From positions 1 through 64,000 of IMG/VR virus record IMGVR_UViG_3300028603_000028: a stretch of 64,000 nucleotides of DNA, one strand, 5' to 3'. A program made the translations under genes and the position numbers. This document shows, one piece after another, positions 8,453 through 18,521 of the stretch. How positions within the stretch are numbered: position 1 is the stretch's first letter; each line of letters opens with the position of its first letter. Source of the stretch: a virus (Duplodnaviria; Caudoviricetes). The notes under the pieces were generated by a model that saw nothing but the letters and a program-made list of their open reading frames with translations, did not search any database and was not told where the DNA came from.

Positions 8453-9025
8453 TTAATTCCACCAACTATTGGTGTTTATTTTTTTCATATTTGATATTTT
8501 TAACTCAGGTTTAACTGGTCCTGCTTTGTGTATAGTATCATCTAAATCTTCGTCTAACATTATGTCTACTAGTGCATCTGTAAGGGCTTTATTACTTATT
8601 ACCCCGTGAATATCACTGAAGTAAGTAGGTATGTCATTCATGCTTTCTATGAAGTCAAGTAGTAAGTACATATAATCGTTCATGTATGTCTCACTGATAG
8701 TAATTCTTTCTGTAGTATACATGTCTCCGTCATATATGTAATCTCTAAGTAATATATAGAAGTATAGACAATATCCATCATTGTATATATCTTCTACGTT
8801 ATAATGGTTCAAGTCTACAATATCTATTGAACCGTCCCTAATCATTTCGATTGAGCCTGAGTAATTATTTAGGTCTATGGATATTTGATTACTAGCAATA
8901 CTCTTTATTTTATTAACTGTATATTTGTCAAACAGATTATAATATTCTAGTGATTTGACTATATCAAAAAATTCTTCTTGGTATATATTATCTAATAGAT
9001 AATTTATGTCAAATGGTTTAGGCAT
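8453..9025 (-). CDS. Hypothetical protein, WW-tail paralog 2
   Basis: Ends HKAGPVKPELKISNMKKINTNSWWN; ATG at 9025 overlaps the upstream stop. Confidence 0.8.
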   Translation of the reverse strand: MPKPFDINYLLDNIYQEEFFDIVKSLEYYNLFDKYTVNKIKSIASNQISIDLNNYSGSIEMIRDGSIDIVDLNHYNVEDIYNDGYCLYFYILLRDYIYDGDMYTTERITISETYMNDYMYLLLDFIESMNDIPTYFSDIHGVISNKALTDALVDIMLDEDLDDTIHKAGPVKPELKISNMKKINTNSWWN

Positions 9026-9624
9026 TAGTCCCACCACCCTTTTATATTTAATTTTTTAGTAGTTGACAATTTTAGATTAGGTTTAACTAGTCCTTCTTTG
9101 TGAGAATTCTCGTCGTCTACTTTTCTTGGATTACGTTTAATATAAGTTTCAATGGTTGTAAACAATTCTTGTAAGTCCGGGGATGTTTCTACTTCTACTC
9201 TATCTTTTATATACATATATATGTCTTCCACGTGTGAATCTATTAATTCCCTATTATTTAAAGTAGTATCCGGTTGTCTTGTATACATATCCCCGCCATT
9301 TAAATAATCTATGACAAACATATACATCATATAAATTAACATTTGTTTGTATAGGTCATCAAGTCTATCAATAGTAATTCCTGTGGTCTGTATTCCACTT
9401 CTAGTGAATGTTCTAATATTTCCAGTTTCTCTTTTGACTAATAGTTCTGGGTTAGACATAACTGCAGCTAATTTGTTTAGGTTTTGGGCGGAAATTTCCA
9501 GTATAACTTCTATATCAAAGCGAGGTAGAATTCCGTCCTTCTCTATTTTGTAAATCTCTTTACAAAAGTTTATACGACCGACTTCATCCATGAATTCTTG
9601 ATAGAAGTGACTAATATGTTGCAT
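9025..9624 (-). CDS. Hypothetical protein, WW-tail paralog 3
   Basis: Ends HKEGLVKPNLKLSTTKKLNIKGWWD. Confidence 0.8.
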   Translation of the reverse strand: MQHISHFYQEFMDEVGRINFCKEIYKIEKDGILPRFDIEVILEISAQNLNKLAAVMSNPELLVKRETGNIRTFTRSGIQTTGITIDRLDDLYKQMLIYMMYMFVIDYLNGGDMYTRQPDTTLNNRELIDSHVEDIYMYIKDRVEVETSPDLQELFTTIETYIKRNPRKVDDENSHKEGLVKPNLKLSTTKKLNIKGWWD

Positions 9625-9689
9625 TAATCCCACCACCCTCAGTTAAAGTTTTACTAAATTCGTGCAATATTTACCTCCTAATAATAAAA

Positions 9690-9738
9690 GTCTTACTTAA
9701 TCTTGTATAAACAAGACCTAAGTAAGACAGCGTGTTCT
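9690..9738. terminator. Long hairpin, terminator-like
   Basis: GTCTTACTTA-A-TCTTGT-ATAA-ACAAGA-CC-TAAGTAAGAC. Confidence 0.45.
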
Positions 9739-9768
9739 GTATATGGCACTTGTTTAATACCTATGTAA

Positions 9769-10320
9769 TTATAATGATAGATTTCTTAAGAGCTCTATCT
9801 GCTCTAATTGTTCTTTAGTATACTTAGATTGTTGTACTACAGGTTCAGTAGGTTTAACTTCTTTAAGTTTTCTTTGCTGTTCTGCAGCTTTCTTTGCTTT
9901 ACGCTCTGCAGCTTTCTTAGCTTTAGCTTCTCTCATACGTTGTGCCTGTAATACTAATTGCTCTTCTCTAGTTAGTTCTTTAGGTTCTTCTATGTCAAAT
10001 AGTTTAAAGTTATCTCTAATATTATTTATAACTAGTTGGTTAATATTAGAAGTATCCCAAACTGTCTTAAGCAAGGTTTGTGCTGAATATACTGTTTTAA
10101 TATGCCTGGTATCTTTAACCAAGTCTTCTGTTGCTTCAAAGAAGAATTTAAATAAATCTGTATTAGTGAACTTACGCTTATTTTTTGCTGCAGTTACTAT
10201 GTGATTAATTATTCTTTCTTTATTTGGTGATTCTAAAATATACTCTATTAATCTTGTTCTAACTATTTGTATGTTTATATACTGTTTATTTAACAGTTCT
10301 TTAATGTCTTCTCTTGTCAT
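9769..10320 (-). CDS. Hypothetical protein with Lys/Ala-rich coiled coil
   Basis: 183-aa ORF with RBS. Confidence 0.75.
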   Translation of the reverse strand: MTREDIKELLNKQYINIQIVRTRLIEYILESPNKERIINHIVTAAKNKRKFTNTDLFKFFFEATEDLVKDTRHIKTVYSAQTLLKTVWDTSNINQLVINNIRDNFKLFDIEEPKELTREEQLVLQAQRMREAKAKKAAERKAKKAAEQQRKLKEVKPTEPVVQQSKYTKEQLEQIELLRNLSL

Positions 10321-10346
10321 AACTTATCCTATACTATTATTGTACG

Positions 10347-11042
10347 CTATCGTCTAGCCAATAATACTCCTTTTGTTTTTAATTCTTCTTCTAATTCTGA
10401 AATACGTGAGTTAGCGCTCTCTAATAAGTCTGCAGCATTTGTTGTAGCTGGGTTCGATGCAACAACATATTTTCCGCGTGATTGTGCCATCTGTCTTTTG
10501 CACAGTGCTACACTGTAATCAACTAAGAATCTAATCCAAGCACCCTCGTTAATGTTTTCTATAGAAACAACTTGAGGAATATACTCTACAGTAACACTAC
10601 TAAAATACTTATCAACGTAGAGCTTGTCTCCAATAACTCTAGCGTTTCTTCCTAACATGCTATCTAGTTGTGATACTCTATTAATCATATTAGCATATGC
10701 ATTAAGTTGACCATCCAGTCCTAAGTTATTATTTATGTATATAGAACCTAGACCTAATAATGCTGCATCAACATTCATGATACCTGTAGTTGGATATACT
10801 GCTACTACTACTGGAATACCATTAGGGTCTAAATCTTTTAATTCAATAAAACCACCTGAACCAGTTGTTCTGTTTAAGTCTACTGTTTTATATGTTGTAT
10901 AGTTCCATGAATCAGAGGACAATGCTAGTGCTCTATCTATATTTCTTTTAATTACATCATCGGATATCTCTAAGTTTACTATACCCGCCTGTAAATCATC
11001 TTTTACATATTGTATTAATGTCTGTTCATTTATTAAAGCCAT
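10347..11042 (-). CDS. Neck / head-completion protein (T4 gp13-like)
   Basis: LIQYVKDDL...VNLEISDDVIKRNIDRAL and C-terminal ALCKRQMAQSRGKY...LLESANSRISELEEEL pattern. Confidence 0.7.
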   Translation of the reverse strand: MALINEQTLIQYVKDDLQAGIVNLEISDDVIKRNIDRALALSSDSWNYTTYKTVDLNRTTGSGGFIELKDLDPNGIPVVVAVYPTTGIMNVDAALLGLGSIYINNNLGLDGQLNAYANMINRVSQLDSMLGRNARVIGDKLYVDKYFSSVTVEYIPQVVSIENINEGAWIRFLVDYSVALCKRQMAQSRGKYVVASNPATTNAADLLESANSRISELEEELKTKGVLLARR

Positions 11043-11071
11043 TGATACCTCCTTAAAGTAGTAATAAGCTT

Positions 11072-11459
11072 ATACTTTTAACCTGTCTAGTAAATTATTT
11101 TTGATTAAATTTAATTAGTTTATGTAACTAAGTTATTTGATTAGATGATATCTCGAAACGAAAGTGTAAGGATATCATCTGCTTGCTGGCTTACGCGTAG
11201 TGTAACGAAGTCTCAGCCCGCAAGATATTTGTTAACTATATAAGCTGATGCTAGAACATTTTAAATAACTTAATAAACTAAATTGCAATATTGATTGCCG
11301 TAACGCCTTCGCGTAGTCTACAACGAAGCGGAGGCACGAATGCACGAGTTTGGACGAGTTGCATTCGACCAGGAGGTGGCTTATACGAAAGTATAAGACT
11401 AATACTGGTTAGGCATAGGTAAATATTTTGTTAACTGTATAAACTAAGTGCTAGAACAC
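11072..11459 (-). repeat. Structured non-coding repeat array 1 (two units, D and E)
   Basis: Shares ATACTTTTAACCTGTCTAGTAAATTA and TTGTTAACT...TGCTAGAACA flanks and a 61-bp identical core with the array at 58529-59091. Confidence 0.9.
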
Positions 11460-11463
11460 TCTA

Positions 11464-11500
11464 CATAATATAATATACTTTTTGCTTGTTTTAACTATAT
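11464..11500 (-). promoter_or_regulatory. Class II promoter driving array 1 and the neck gene
   Basis: TAGTTAAAACAA(G/C)(C/T)AAAAAGTATA...TATTATGT, also found at 47170-47207 and 59095-59133. Confidence 0.6.
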
Positions 11501-12301
11501 TTTAATGATATCTGTCTTAAAGTAGACTTCGTTTTTACCAAACTCATCTTTACCAGACGCAATAGTAACATTAATGACAGCTGGTTGAACGTCAGTTAGT
11601 CTATAACCTTTGTCTTCAGCATATCCCCCATACTTTAAAAATGCATTTGCATTATAATATGTTCTTCTTGCTCTAGTCATATTACCTCTTTCAGATATAA
11701 TATATACATCATCATTGAAGCTTATATGGTTATGAGTATGACTTCTTACATATAAGTTAGCATTTGCTACAACTGCTGACATCTCTTGGAGTGCGTTAGC
11801 TGACGAACCAACTTTACGTCCTCCACCATAAGCTCCGTGCATTCCAAAGATTTTAAAGTGACTAGCTTTTTTGTTATCACCTTTATATCTCATCTTGATA
11901 TCAATGTAGTATGCTTCGCTAGCATATCTATCAGTTAGTCCTAATACTTTGGCTACATATCTTAAAGGGTTTATACCAGTAAGTCTGTATGTTCTATTCT
12001 CATGATTGCCTGGTGCAAATGCTATAATTTTTTCTTTAATTGGGAATAATAATTCTACTGCTAAGTCTTGTTGTTGTTCCATAGTAAGCGCTTCTGCTAC
12101 CTGGTCAGACTTAGAACCTGGAATAGCATTATTCATAATGTCTCCGTTTACTATTGCATAGCAGTCTTCTGTATTTTTAATATAGTCTATTGTTTTTTTA
12201 ATTAGTGGTAAGTCGCAAAGCTTATCACCTAAGTGTAAATCTCCTAAAACAACAATTTTAATTTGCTGTTTATCTCCAAAATCATATTTCTTAATTAACA
12301 T
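11495..12301 (-). CDS. Calcineurin-like metallophosphoesterase
   Basis: GDLH, GD, GNHE, H and HTH motifs. Confidence 0.9.
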   Translation of the reverse strand: MLIKKYDFGDKQQIKIVVLGDLHLGDKLCDLPLIKKTIDYIKNTEDCYAIVNGDIMNNAIPGSKSDQVAEALTMEQQQDLAVELLFPIKEKIIAFAPGNHENRTYRLTGINPLRYVAKVLGLTDRYASEAYYIDIKMRYKGDNKKASHFKIFGMHGAYGGGRKVGSSANALQEMSAVVANANLYVRSHTHNHISFNDDVYIISERGNMTRARRTYYNANAFLKYGGYAEDKGYRLTDVQPAVINVTIASGKDEFGKNEVYFKTDIIKI

Positions 12302-12321
12302 CTCTTATATCCTTCTCCTTA

Positions 12322-12972
12322 TTAATTCCATTTTGTTTTCTGAGTACTTGTATATAACTGCCAAAGGTTTTTCTCTTTAAGAAATTCTATGAACTCATTT
12401 ATGGAATTGTCAACTAATTTCTTTAACTCCTCCTTATTTGGCCTAGTCTTCGGAATAACTTTAAAGGTTATATCCTGTGGATTGTTTGTCATTGTAGGTG
12501 ATACTGCTAATAGATAATAGAACATTTCCTTATCCTCGTCTAACATGAAGTAGTATAAGTGTTGAACTGTTATATCATCATTATAACTATCAGGTCCAGC
12601 TTTATTAACTCGCTTAATATCGTAGATGATTTTCCTACTATCATCAACCGCGTCTCGCTTACCTGATAAATATATATTAAAATCTTCCATCTCTATAAGT
12701 AAGTTCTTCCAAGTATCTCTAGGTAAGTCTTTTACTAGGGTTGACATCTTACCATGTTTACCTTCGAATACCTCATCTTCATAAGCTAGTCCTCTTTCAA
12801 AGTATTTATTACTTTCGAACTTACCTTCTAAGTAGTTTATAACGCTTTGTAAGTTTTTCTGAGTTGGGTTTTGCTTATAATATAAATAACTATTTACTAA
12901 TGATGGTGAAAGCTTATATGTTGGTTTCTTTTTTTGCTCTAATATTTCATCTAAGTTAAAGTTTTCATTCAT
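12322..12972 (-). CDS. PD-(D/E)XK exonuclease (RecB/Cas4-like fold)
   Basis: LSPS...RGLAYE...GKRD...YDIK...QHLYY. Confidence 0.7.
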   Translation of the reverse strand: MNENFNLDEILEQKKKPTYKLSPSLVNSYLYYKQNPTQKNLQSVINYLEGKFESNKYFERGLAYEDEVFEGKHGKMSTLVKDLPRDTWKNLLIEMEDFNIYLSGKRDAVDDSRKIIYDIKRVNKAGPDSYNDDITVQHLYYFMLDEDKEMFYYLLAVSPTMTNNPQDITFKVIPKTRPNKEELKKLVDNSINEFIEFLKEKNLWQLYTSTQKTKWN

Positions 12973-13597
12973 CTTTTTTATCCTCTCCTTTTGTATCTTC
13001 TACAAATGGGTTGAACTCAAGGTTTTCAGCTGTATATTCAGCCTCTGTCGCTTCTTTACCTATGTCTAGAACATTCTTCTTACTGAACTTTTCAAAGTGC
13101 GTTAGAATACGATTTACTATTACATCAATTTCAAAGTCTAACTCTAATCTATTAACCTTTACTACTTCTTTAAGTATATCTGCGATTTCCAGAGTAGCAT
13201 AGTTCTCTGCTGATTCTCTATCAAGGTCAATATATTCTATATACTCATCAGATAATGTTTTAACCCTCTTTACAAGATAGTCTACTGAATTACCTAACAT
13301 GTACATATCTGCTAATAGCATTGGTATAATTCCGATTGTTTGTACAAAGTTTCTACTAGTTAGACTTCTTAATATTCCTTTTATTTGAATAATCATATCA
13401 TTTTTAATATCAGAATATTTGTATGTACCTAGGTCATCATCCCATATCTTCTTAGCATCTTTTTCAAAGAACTGTTTATAATTTTTAGGAACATCTTTCC
13501 AAGGAATATACGTGAATAGTCTGTATAAACCTGTTACTAACATTGGGTCTTTTTTCCAATTGTTAATCTTTTTAAGTATGCTCTTCTTAATTCTCAT
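12965..13597 (-). CDS. Hypothetical protein
   Basis: 210-aa ORF with RBS. Confidence 0.75.
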   Translation of the reverse strand: MRIKKSILKKINNWKKDPMLVTGLYRLFTYIPWKDVPKNYKQFFEKDAKKIWDDDLGTYKYSDIKNDMIIQIKGILRSLTSRNFVQTIGIIPMLLADMYMLGNSVDYLVKRVKTLSDEYIEYIDLDRESAENYATLEIADILKEVVKVNRLELDFEIDVIVNRILTHFEKFSKKNVLDIGKEATEAEYTAENLEFNPFVEDTKGEDKKDE

Positions 13598-13644
13598 TTT
13601 TACCTCTCTTCTAATATAAACTAATAAATAGCTTTACACATGTT

Positions 13645-13692
13645 AATAGTATCTTCCTCGCAGTTTATGATTAGCGGGGTACACAGTGCACA
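13645..13692 (-). promoter_or_regulatory. Class I promoter with upstream TGCACTGTG box
   Basis: TTGTGCACTGTGT...CTAATCATAAA...GATACTATTA. Confidence 0.6.
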
Positions 13693-13694
13693 AT

Positions 13695-15752
13695 TTATCT
13701 CCTTATGATTGCTGCTACAAGTGTGTCTAATGCTTGTTTTATAGCATCTTGCTGACTATCGTTACCACTATTAGCTATAACAAATAAGTCTGTTAGTGCT
13801 TGTTCTTGTATATCTGACTTGTCTAAAGATTTGATTGCATTAAATGCTGAACCTACAACTGAGTCAGAAACGTCTTTACTAAGTTCGTTTAAGTGGTCTA
13901 CTTTGTTTTTAGCTGGATAATATATAACACTGAACAATTCTTTTCTAAACGGCTCATAATCATATATTTTAACTCTCTCTTCATATATCAAGTTAGTAAA
14001 TGCTAGGTAAGCTTCTGCTGTCCTATCTACTGATTGATAACCTGTAGGAAAACCTAATTCTGCTAACTCTTGTATGAGTTGAGCTGATTGGAATTGGTCA
14101 GCTGTGATTAAACCGAACTTTATACCTAGTTCTTGTTTTAGATATACTATAAAGTCCCTTACCTTAGCTAAACTTATTCTATTAGGTTTCTTTGGTGGAT
14201 TTATCTTTAGCATGAAGTCAAACTCTATTATAGGAATCTTAATCTCATCTTCAACTAAGTAGTTTCCTTCATCATCTAGCCGTTCATATTCTATGTCTCT
14301 TTTATATATATTTTTCCAACCTGATATATGACACATAGATATACCCAGGCTGTCATTAGTTAAAGCTAAGTCTAAGTGCATAAATCTTGGCATGTGTTTA
14401 TTCTTGAATACTATATTTGGTAGTAGATAAGACTTAAGTGGTAGATAACCTGCCTGAGTTGAAATTTGTGTCGTAGATAGTACAATTTCTCGTCTACTAA
14501 ATGGGTGTTTTAAATTAGGTTCTACTACTTTGTTATATGCTGTATTAGAGTAGAATAGTTTATTAGCTGAGCTAACTGAGAATCCAGCTAAGTCTTGTAG
14601 TGCTATAAGTATATCTGATTGAAATGCTTGTCTATGTTCTACTGGTACTTTAATTAATTTAACTTGTACATCTGTTGGAACTAAATCATATGCATCCATA
14701 ACATCTATATTCATTGTTATTGGTCTCTTGCCGAAGCTTTCTAATAAAAAATTTAAATCTTCTAAGTTGTTAATTATTGTTGGGTCTAGATTATCTCCCC
14801 CTGCAAACACTATGAACTTCTTACCTTTATAGTTTTGTGGTTTAACGTCCCATAAGGCAGGAGATACTACCACAGTATGTGGGTCATCTTTAGAACTTTC
14901 TATTATCTGGTTTGTAAAAGATGAATTAACAGTCGATGAAGATACAACTATGGAGAAGGAATGGTTAATCCCATCTATAATAAACCTAGACTGACTTCTA
15001 GTTACAATCTGTGTATATAATTCAGATACCTTTGTATTCATCTTAAAGTCTGCATCATCTTTTTTGCGACCACTAAAGTAGTTGGCTTCATCAAGGATAG
15101 AGCCAAATAAGTTCATACCAATAAAGTGATTCGCGACAGAACCAAATGTAATTAGTAATCTTTCTTGTGGCCAGATTATCATGGAATCTAGCTTATCTTT
15201 TCTTTTAAACTTTTCTTTAAAGTAAGGTATCGAGTCAAACCATTCTAGTAGTAGTGAGAACCCTGTATTCATTGCCTGTTCTCTGGTTACAGATAGATAT
15301 GCAAATGCTATACGTGATACCCCAAATAAATTGAACAGAGCTGCTATATGCTCATAGCAGCTAAGCTCGTAAATCTTTCTAATAATAGCTAAAGTTGCTG
15401 CAGTTGTCTTACCAATACCAATAGCACCTGTAAGTACTACTTGATTAATTTTTATAGGTGAATTAAATATTCTTATTATTTCTTCTCTCCAGAATGGATA
15501 AATATTTTCAGCATCAGGTCCTACGTAGTAAGGGTCTGTTATCCATTTTTCTATAGGAACAATAGGTCTAATAAGTTTAGCTTTTTGTTTACCTGATGAT
15601 TTCATCATAGTAAAGGCTGTTCTTATTTCCTCTAGTTCTTCTGCTGTATATAAATCACTTATATCTTTTAATAATAATTCAAACTCTTGGTTAGTTATTT
15701 TATCATCTTGTACTTTATTTGCTTGTTTGAATGGTGAATTGTTTTGTGCCAA
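13695..15752 (-). CDS. terL: Terminase large subunit
   Basis: Walker A GAIGIGKT, Walker B ILDE, nuclease HLDLA...DQFQS...DVSD; TTG start with AGGAG. Confidence 0.92.
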   Translation of the reverse strand: MAQNNSPFKQANKVQDDKITNQEFELLLKDISDLYTAEELEEIRTAFTMMKSSGKQKAKLIRPIVPIEKWITDPYYVGPDAENIYPFWREEIIRIFNSPIKINQVVLTGAIGIGKTTAATLAIIRKIYELSCYEHIAALFNLFGVSRIAFAYLSVTREQAMNTGFSLLLEWFDSIPYFKEKFKRKDKLDSMIIWPQERLLITFGSVANHFIGMNLFGSILDEANYFSGRKKDDADFKMNTKVSELYTQIVTRSQSRFIIDGINHSFSIVVSSSTVNSSFTNQIIESSKDDPHTVVVSPALWDVKPQNYKGKKFIVFAGGDNLDPTIINNLEDLNFLLESFGKRPITMNIDVMDAYDLVPTDVQVKLIKVPVEHRQAFQSDILIALQDLAGFSVSSANKLFYSNTAYNKVVEPNLKHPFSRREIVLSTTQISTQAGYLPLKSYLLPNIVFKNKHMPRFMHLDLALTNDSLGISMCHISGWKNIYKRDIEYERLDDEGNYLVEDEIKIPIIEFDFMLKINPPKKPNRISLAKVRDFIVYLKQELGIKFGLITADQFQSAQLIQELAELGFPTGYQSVDRTAEAYLAFTNLIYEERVKIYDYEPFRKELFSVIYYPAKNKVDHLNELSKDVSDSVVGSAFNAIKSLDKSDIQEQALTDLFVIANSGNDSQQDAIKQALDTLVAAIIRR

Positions 15753-15766
15753 GCTGCATCAACTCC

Positions 15767-16225
15767 TTAAAATTTCACTACTATTGTTATTGTCATTGTT
15801 TCTGCTGTTAAAGTTTTAGTTTTTGCATATTTCTCTATAAGTATAGGTATTTCTGTATCAGACTCTGTGTAAACTAATGCAACTATGTTATATTCCTCTG
15901 TACCAGCTAAATCTACCTCAGCTATTAGCACATTCCAGTAGTATTCATCTTCCGGAACAGTATCAGTTATTTTATATTTTAAACCTGCAATAGTTAAGTC
16001 CTCATTAGCTTCAACTTTTCTAGCTAAGACAATGTTATTTTCACTTGGTGTAATGTCAAATTTTTTAACTAGACTATCAAGGTCTGCTAATTTAGTGTCT
16101 TTATTTATATTAGCATCTTTGTTGTAAATTTGTAAACTAAGCGTAGCAGTAGCTGGGCTAGATTTAAGCTTAGAAAACATATCTTCTATTATTTTTTTTC
16201 TAAATGCATTATTAATGAATACCAT
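15767..16225 (-). CDS. Hypothetical, probably baseplate or tail structural protein
   Basis: 152 aa, at the end of the baseplate operon. Confidence 0.6.
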   Translation of the reverse strand: MVFINNAFRKKIIEDMFSKLKSSPATATLSLQIYNKDANINKDTKLADLDSLVKKFDITPSENNIVLARKVEANEDLTIAGLKYKITDTVPEDEYYWNVLIAEVDLAGTEEYNIVALVYTESDTEIPILIEKYAKTKTLTAETMTITIVVKF

Positions 16226-16227
16226 GT

Positions 16228-18507
16228 TTATTCTCCTCCATAGTTATTTAGGATATTTTCTATTGTCTCTTGTTGTAGTACAAAATGTGATTCTCTGTTA
16301 TTAGCAAGTACTTTTATCTCTATCATAGGCTCTACAGTAGCATTAACAGTTCTGTTATAAGGGTTTGGATAGTAATTAACACTAAACTCGTTGTTATTAA
16401 CTCCTGAAGGCCCTACAACAATATTGCTTGTACCAAGCGATTGTCCTGAAGCTGGGTCTTTCCAATTAATAGCAAAATTACATGCTAAGCTGAATTTACT
16501 TGTATCGTATAGTTGTAGTTGTGGATTTTGCGGATTTATTGATGTTTTAATATTCAGATAACCATATGAATCTGTTTGATAACCTGATTTTCCCTTGCTT
16601 AGTATTGTAGTATATGGTTTCAAGTCTTCTTCAATTATTTGTCTAGATGGTATAACAATATAGTTGTGATTGTTAGTTTCTATTATGGTTGTGTCTGTAT
16701 TTTCATGACCAAAAACGATAACGTATTTACCGAGAACATCAGAGCCATCTATTAGTGGACTTTGTGGTAAATATAATTTCTTAGTTTCACCAGGATTAAT
16801 TATATTTTCATTTTCAAAAATCATAGGTGTTTCACTTGGTATTTGGCCAAATATGAGTTGGCCTGGTCCATCTTTATCTACTAAGTATTCATAATATTCC
16901 TGATATATATAGTAATTTAAGCAATTATTATTAGGATTATGTACTTCTACATAAGGTGTATATCTTTTATTTATATCATCTCCACCATGTTCAACTATTT
17001 CAACATTACTGATAACGTCTGGATATTGATAAGCATATGTTCCTGAAACGATGCCATTAATTTCATCATTATATTCAGGAGATACTGAAGAACTAAATGT
17101 AAATTTTACAGAATATTCTAGATTTAGTTTATACATAGTACTTGGATTAAGAATTGGATGATACATATGACCACCACTAGTTAATCCATCATATAAATAT
17201 TTACGTGTTAAGTATTGAGAGCCATTATAAGTCCATGTTTCTAGTATCTCAATACCTACTGGGACATTATTACTTGATGTAATAGCTAAGGTATTATGTA
17301 ATTCTACTACTGTTGGTGGTGATAATGGTACCTCTCCTAAATATTTGACGTCACTAGCCATTATATACACTTCATCTGAACTGGTGTCATCTCCATTAAA
17401 ATATGCTTTAACTTTGTACTGCCCATCTCCTATTGGGTATTCTGTAGAGAGTTCAAAGCTAATAGATACGGTACCACTTTTAGTTTGATTGATTGGTATT
17501 TCCTTCTGTGGTGCAATAGGAAACGAATTAGTCTTTATTATGTCAATATTAAGTGTTAGTGGTACGAATCTGTTGCTATTTTCGTATGAGATTTCACATT
17601 TGTATTTTGCCATTTCTTTTTCCGAGTCATAATCGGTGTATACAGTAATTGCTGTTATTTCAGGAGGTTCTATTGTGCCTAGTTGGATTATATTATTTGT
17701 AAGTAGTTGCTCTTCATGACTTATAACCTCGTCGCCTGTCATATTACTAAATAGCTTGTTAGAAATATACTCTATTAAAATATTATAGAATATTCCAGCG
17801 GGTCTATAATTCATTAATGTTTTGTATGTTATATTGTCGGTATCTATATTATACATGTCGTAACCATTAGCTGATTCTATAAAGTAGTCAGGGTTAAGTG
17901 GGTCACGGATTTTGTTATAGTTATTGAATGAAAAGTCTATTAGTTCTTCTAGTGGTGGTTGGTTTTCTAGCGCTACTACAACTTGACCATTACCATTAGT
18001 AATAGTAGATTGCTTAGTTATATTAGTTGTCTCTATTCCTTTGTCTTCTAGCGTTTTATATAAAGTAAAATCTATAATATTCTTTATAGCTGTAGAGGTT
18101 CCTCTATCTTTTGTTAAAGGGTAACTATTTAATACTAAGTTTTTAATATTATTATCATCATCTTTGAGTAAGTCTAGTTTTTCGTCCTTAGTTAATCCTT
18201 TAAATAGTTTTACATCTAATTCTTCTATAAGTAAGAGTAGTAGTTCTTCGTTAGACTTAACTAATTCATTATTCTTAACCTTATTTATTAGTTCTTCTAC
18301 ACTGTGTGCAGTTGTAAGATTGTTTATAAGCTCCCTGGAGTTACCAATAGCTTTAGCAATTACAGCTAGAAGAGCTAGTAAGTCTTCATTCTCGATTCCA
18401 TCGTCGTCTACTAAGATTGACTCCGGAAAAGAATTTAATATAAAGTTAAAGACTAGTTTCTCTTCTTCAGTAAAGTTGACTTCAACATATTCTCTTGTTG
18501 TATTCAT
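16228..18507 (-). CDS. Baseplate wedge protein (P2 gpI / T4 gp7-like N-terminus)
   Basis: RGTSTAIK motif, position after the gp6-like gene, beta-rich C-terminus. Confidence 0.55.
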   Translation of the reverse strand: MNTTREYVEVNFTEEEKLVFNFILNSFPESILVDDDGIENEDLLALLAVIAKAIGNSRELINNLTTAHSVEELINKVKNNELVKSNEELLLLLIEELDVKLFKGLTKDEKLDLLKDDDNNIKNLVLNSYPLTKDRGTSTAIKNIIDFTLYKTLEDKGIETTNITKQSTITNGNGQVVVALENQPPLEELIDFSFNNYNKIRDPLNPDYFIESANGYDMYNIDTDNITYKTLMNYRPAGIFYNILIEYISNKLFSNMTGDEVISHEEQLLTNNIIQLGTIEPPEITAITVYTDYDSEKEMAKYKCEISYENSNRFVPLTLNIDIIKTNSFPIAPQKEIPINQTKSGTVSISFELSTEYPIGDGQYKVKAYFNGDDTSSDEVYIMASDVKYLGEVPLSPPTVVELHNTLAITSSNNVPVGIEILETWTYNGSQYLTRKYLYDGLTSGGHMYHPILNPSTMYKLNLEYSVKFTFSSSVSPEYNDEINGIVSGTYAYQYPDVISNVEIVEHGGDDINKRYTPYVEVHNPNNNCLNYYIYQEYYEYLVDKDGPGQLIFGQIPSETPMIFENENIINPGETKKLYLPQSPLIDGSDVLGKYVIVFGHENTDTTIIETNNHNYIVIPSRQIIEEDLKPYTTILSKGKSGYQTDSYGYLNIKTSINPQNPQLQLYDTSKFSLACNFAINWKDPASGQSLGTSNIVVGPSGVNNNEFSVNYYPNPYNRTVNATVEPMIEIKVLANNRESHFVLQQETIENILNNYGGE

Positions 18508-18521
18508 TTAGTAGCTCCTAT

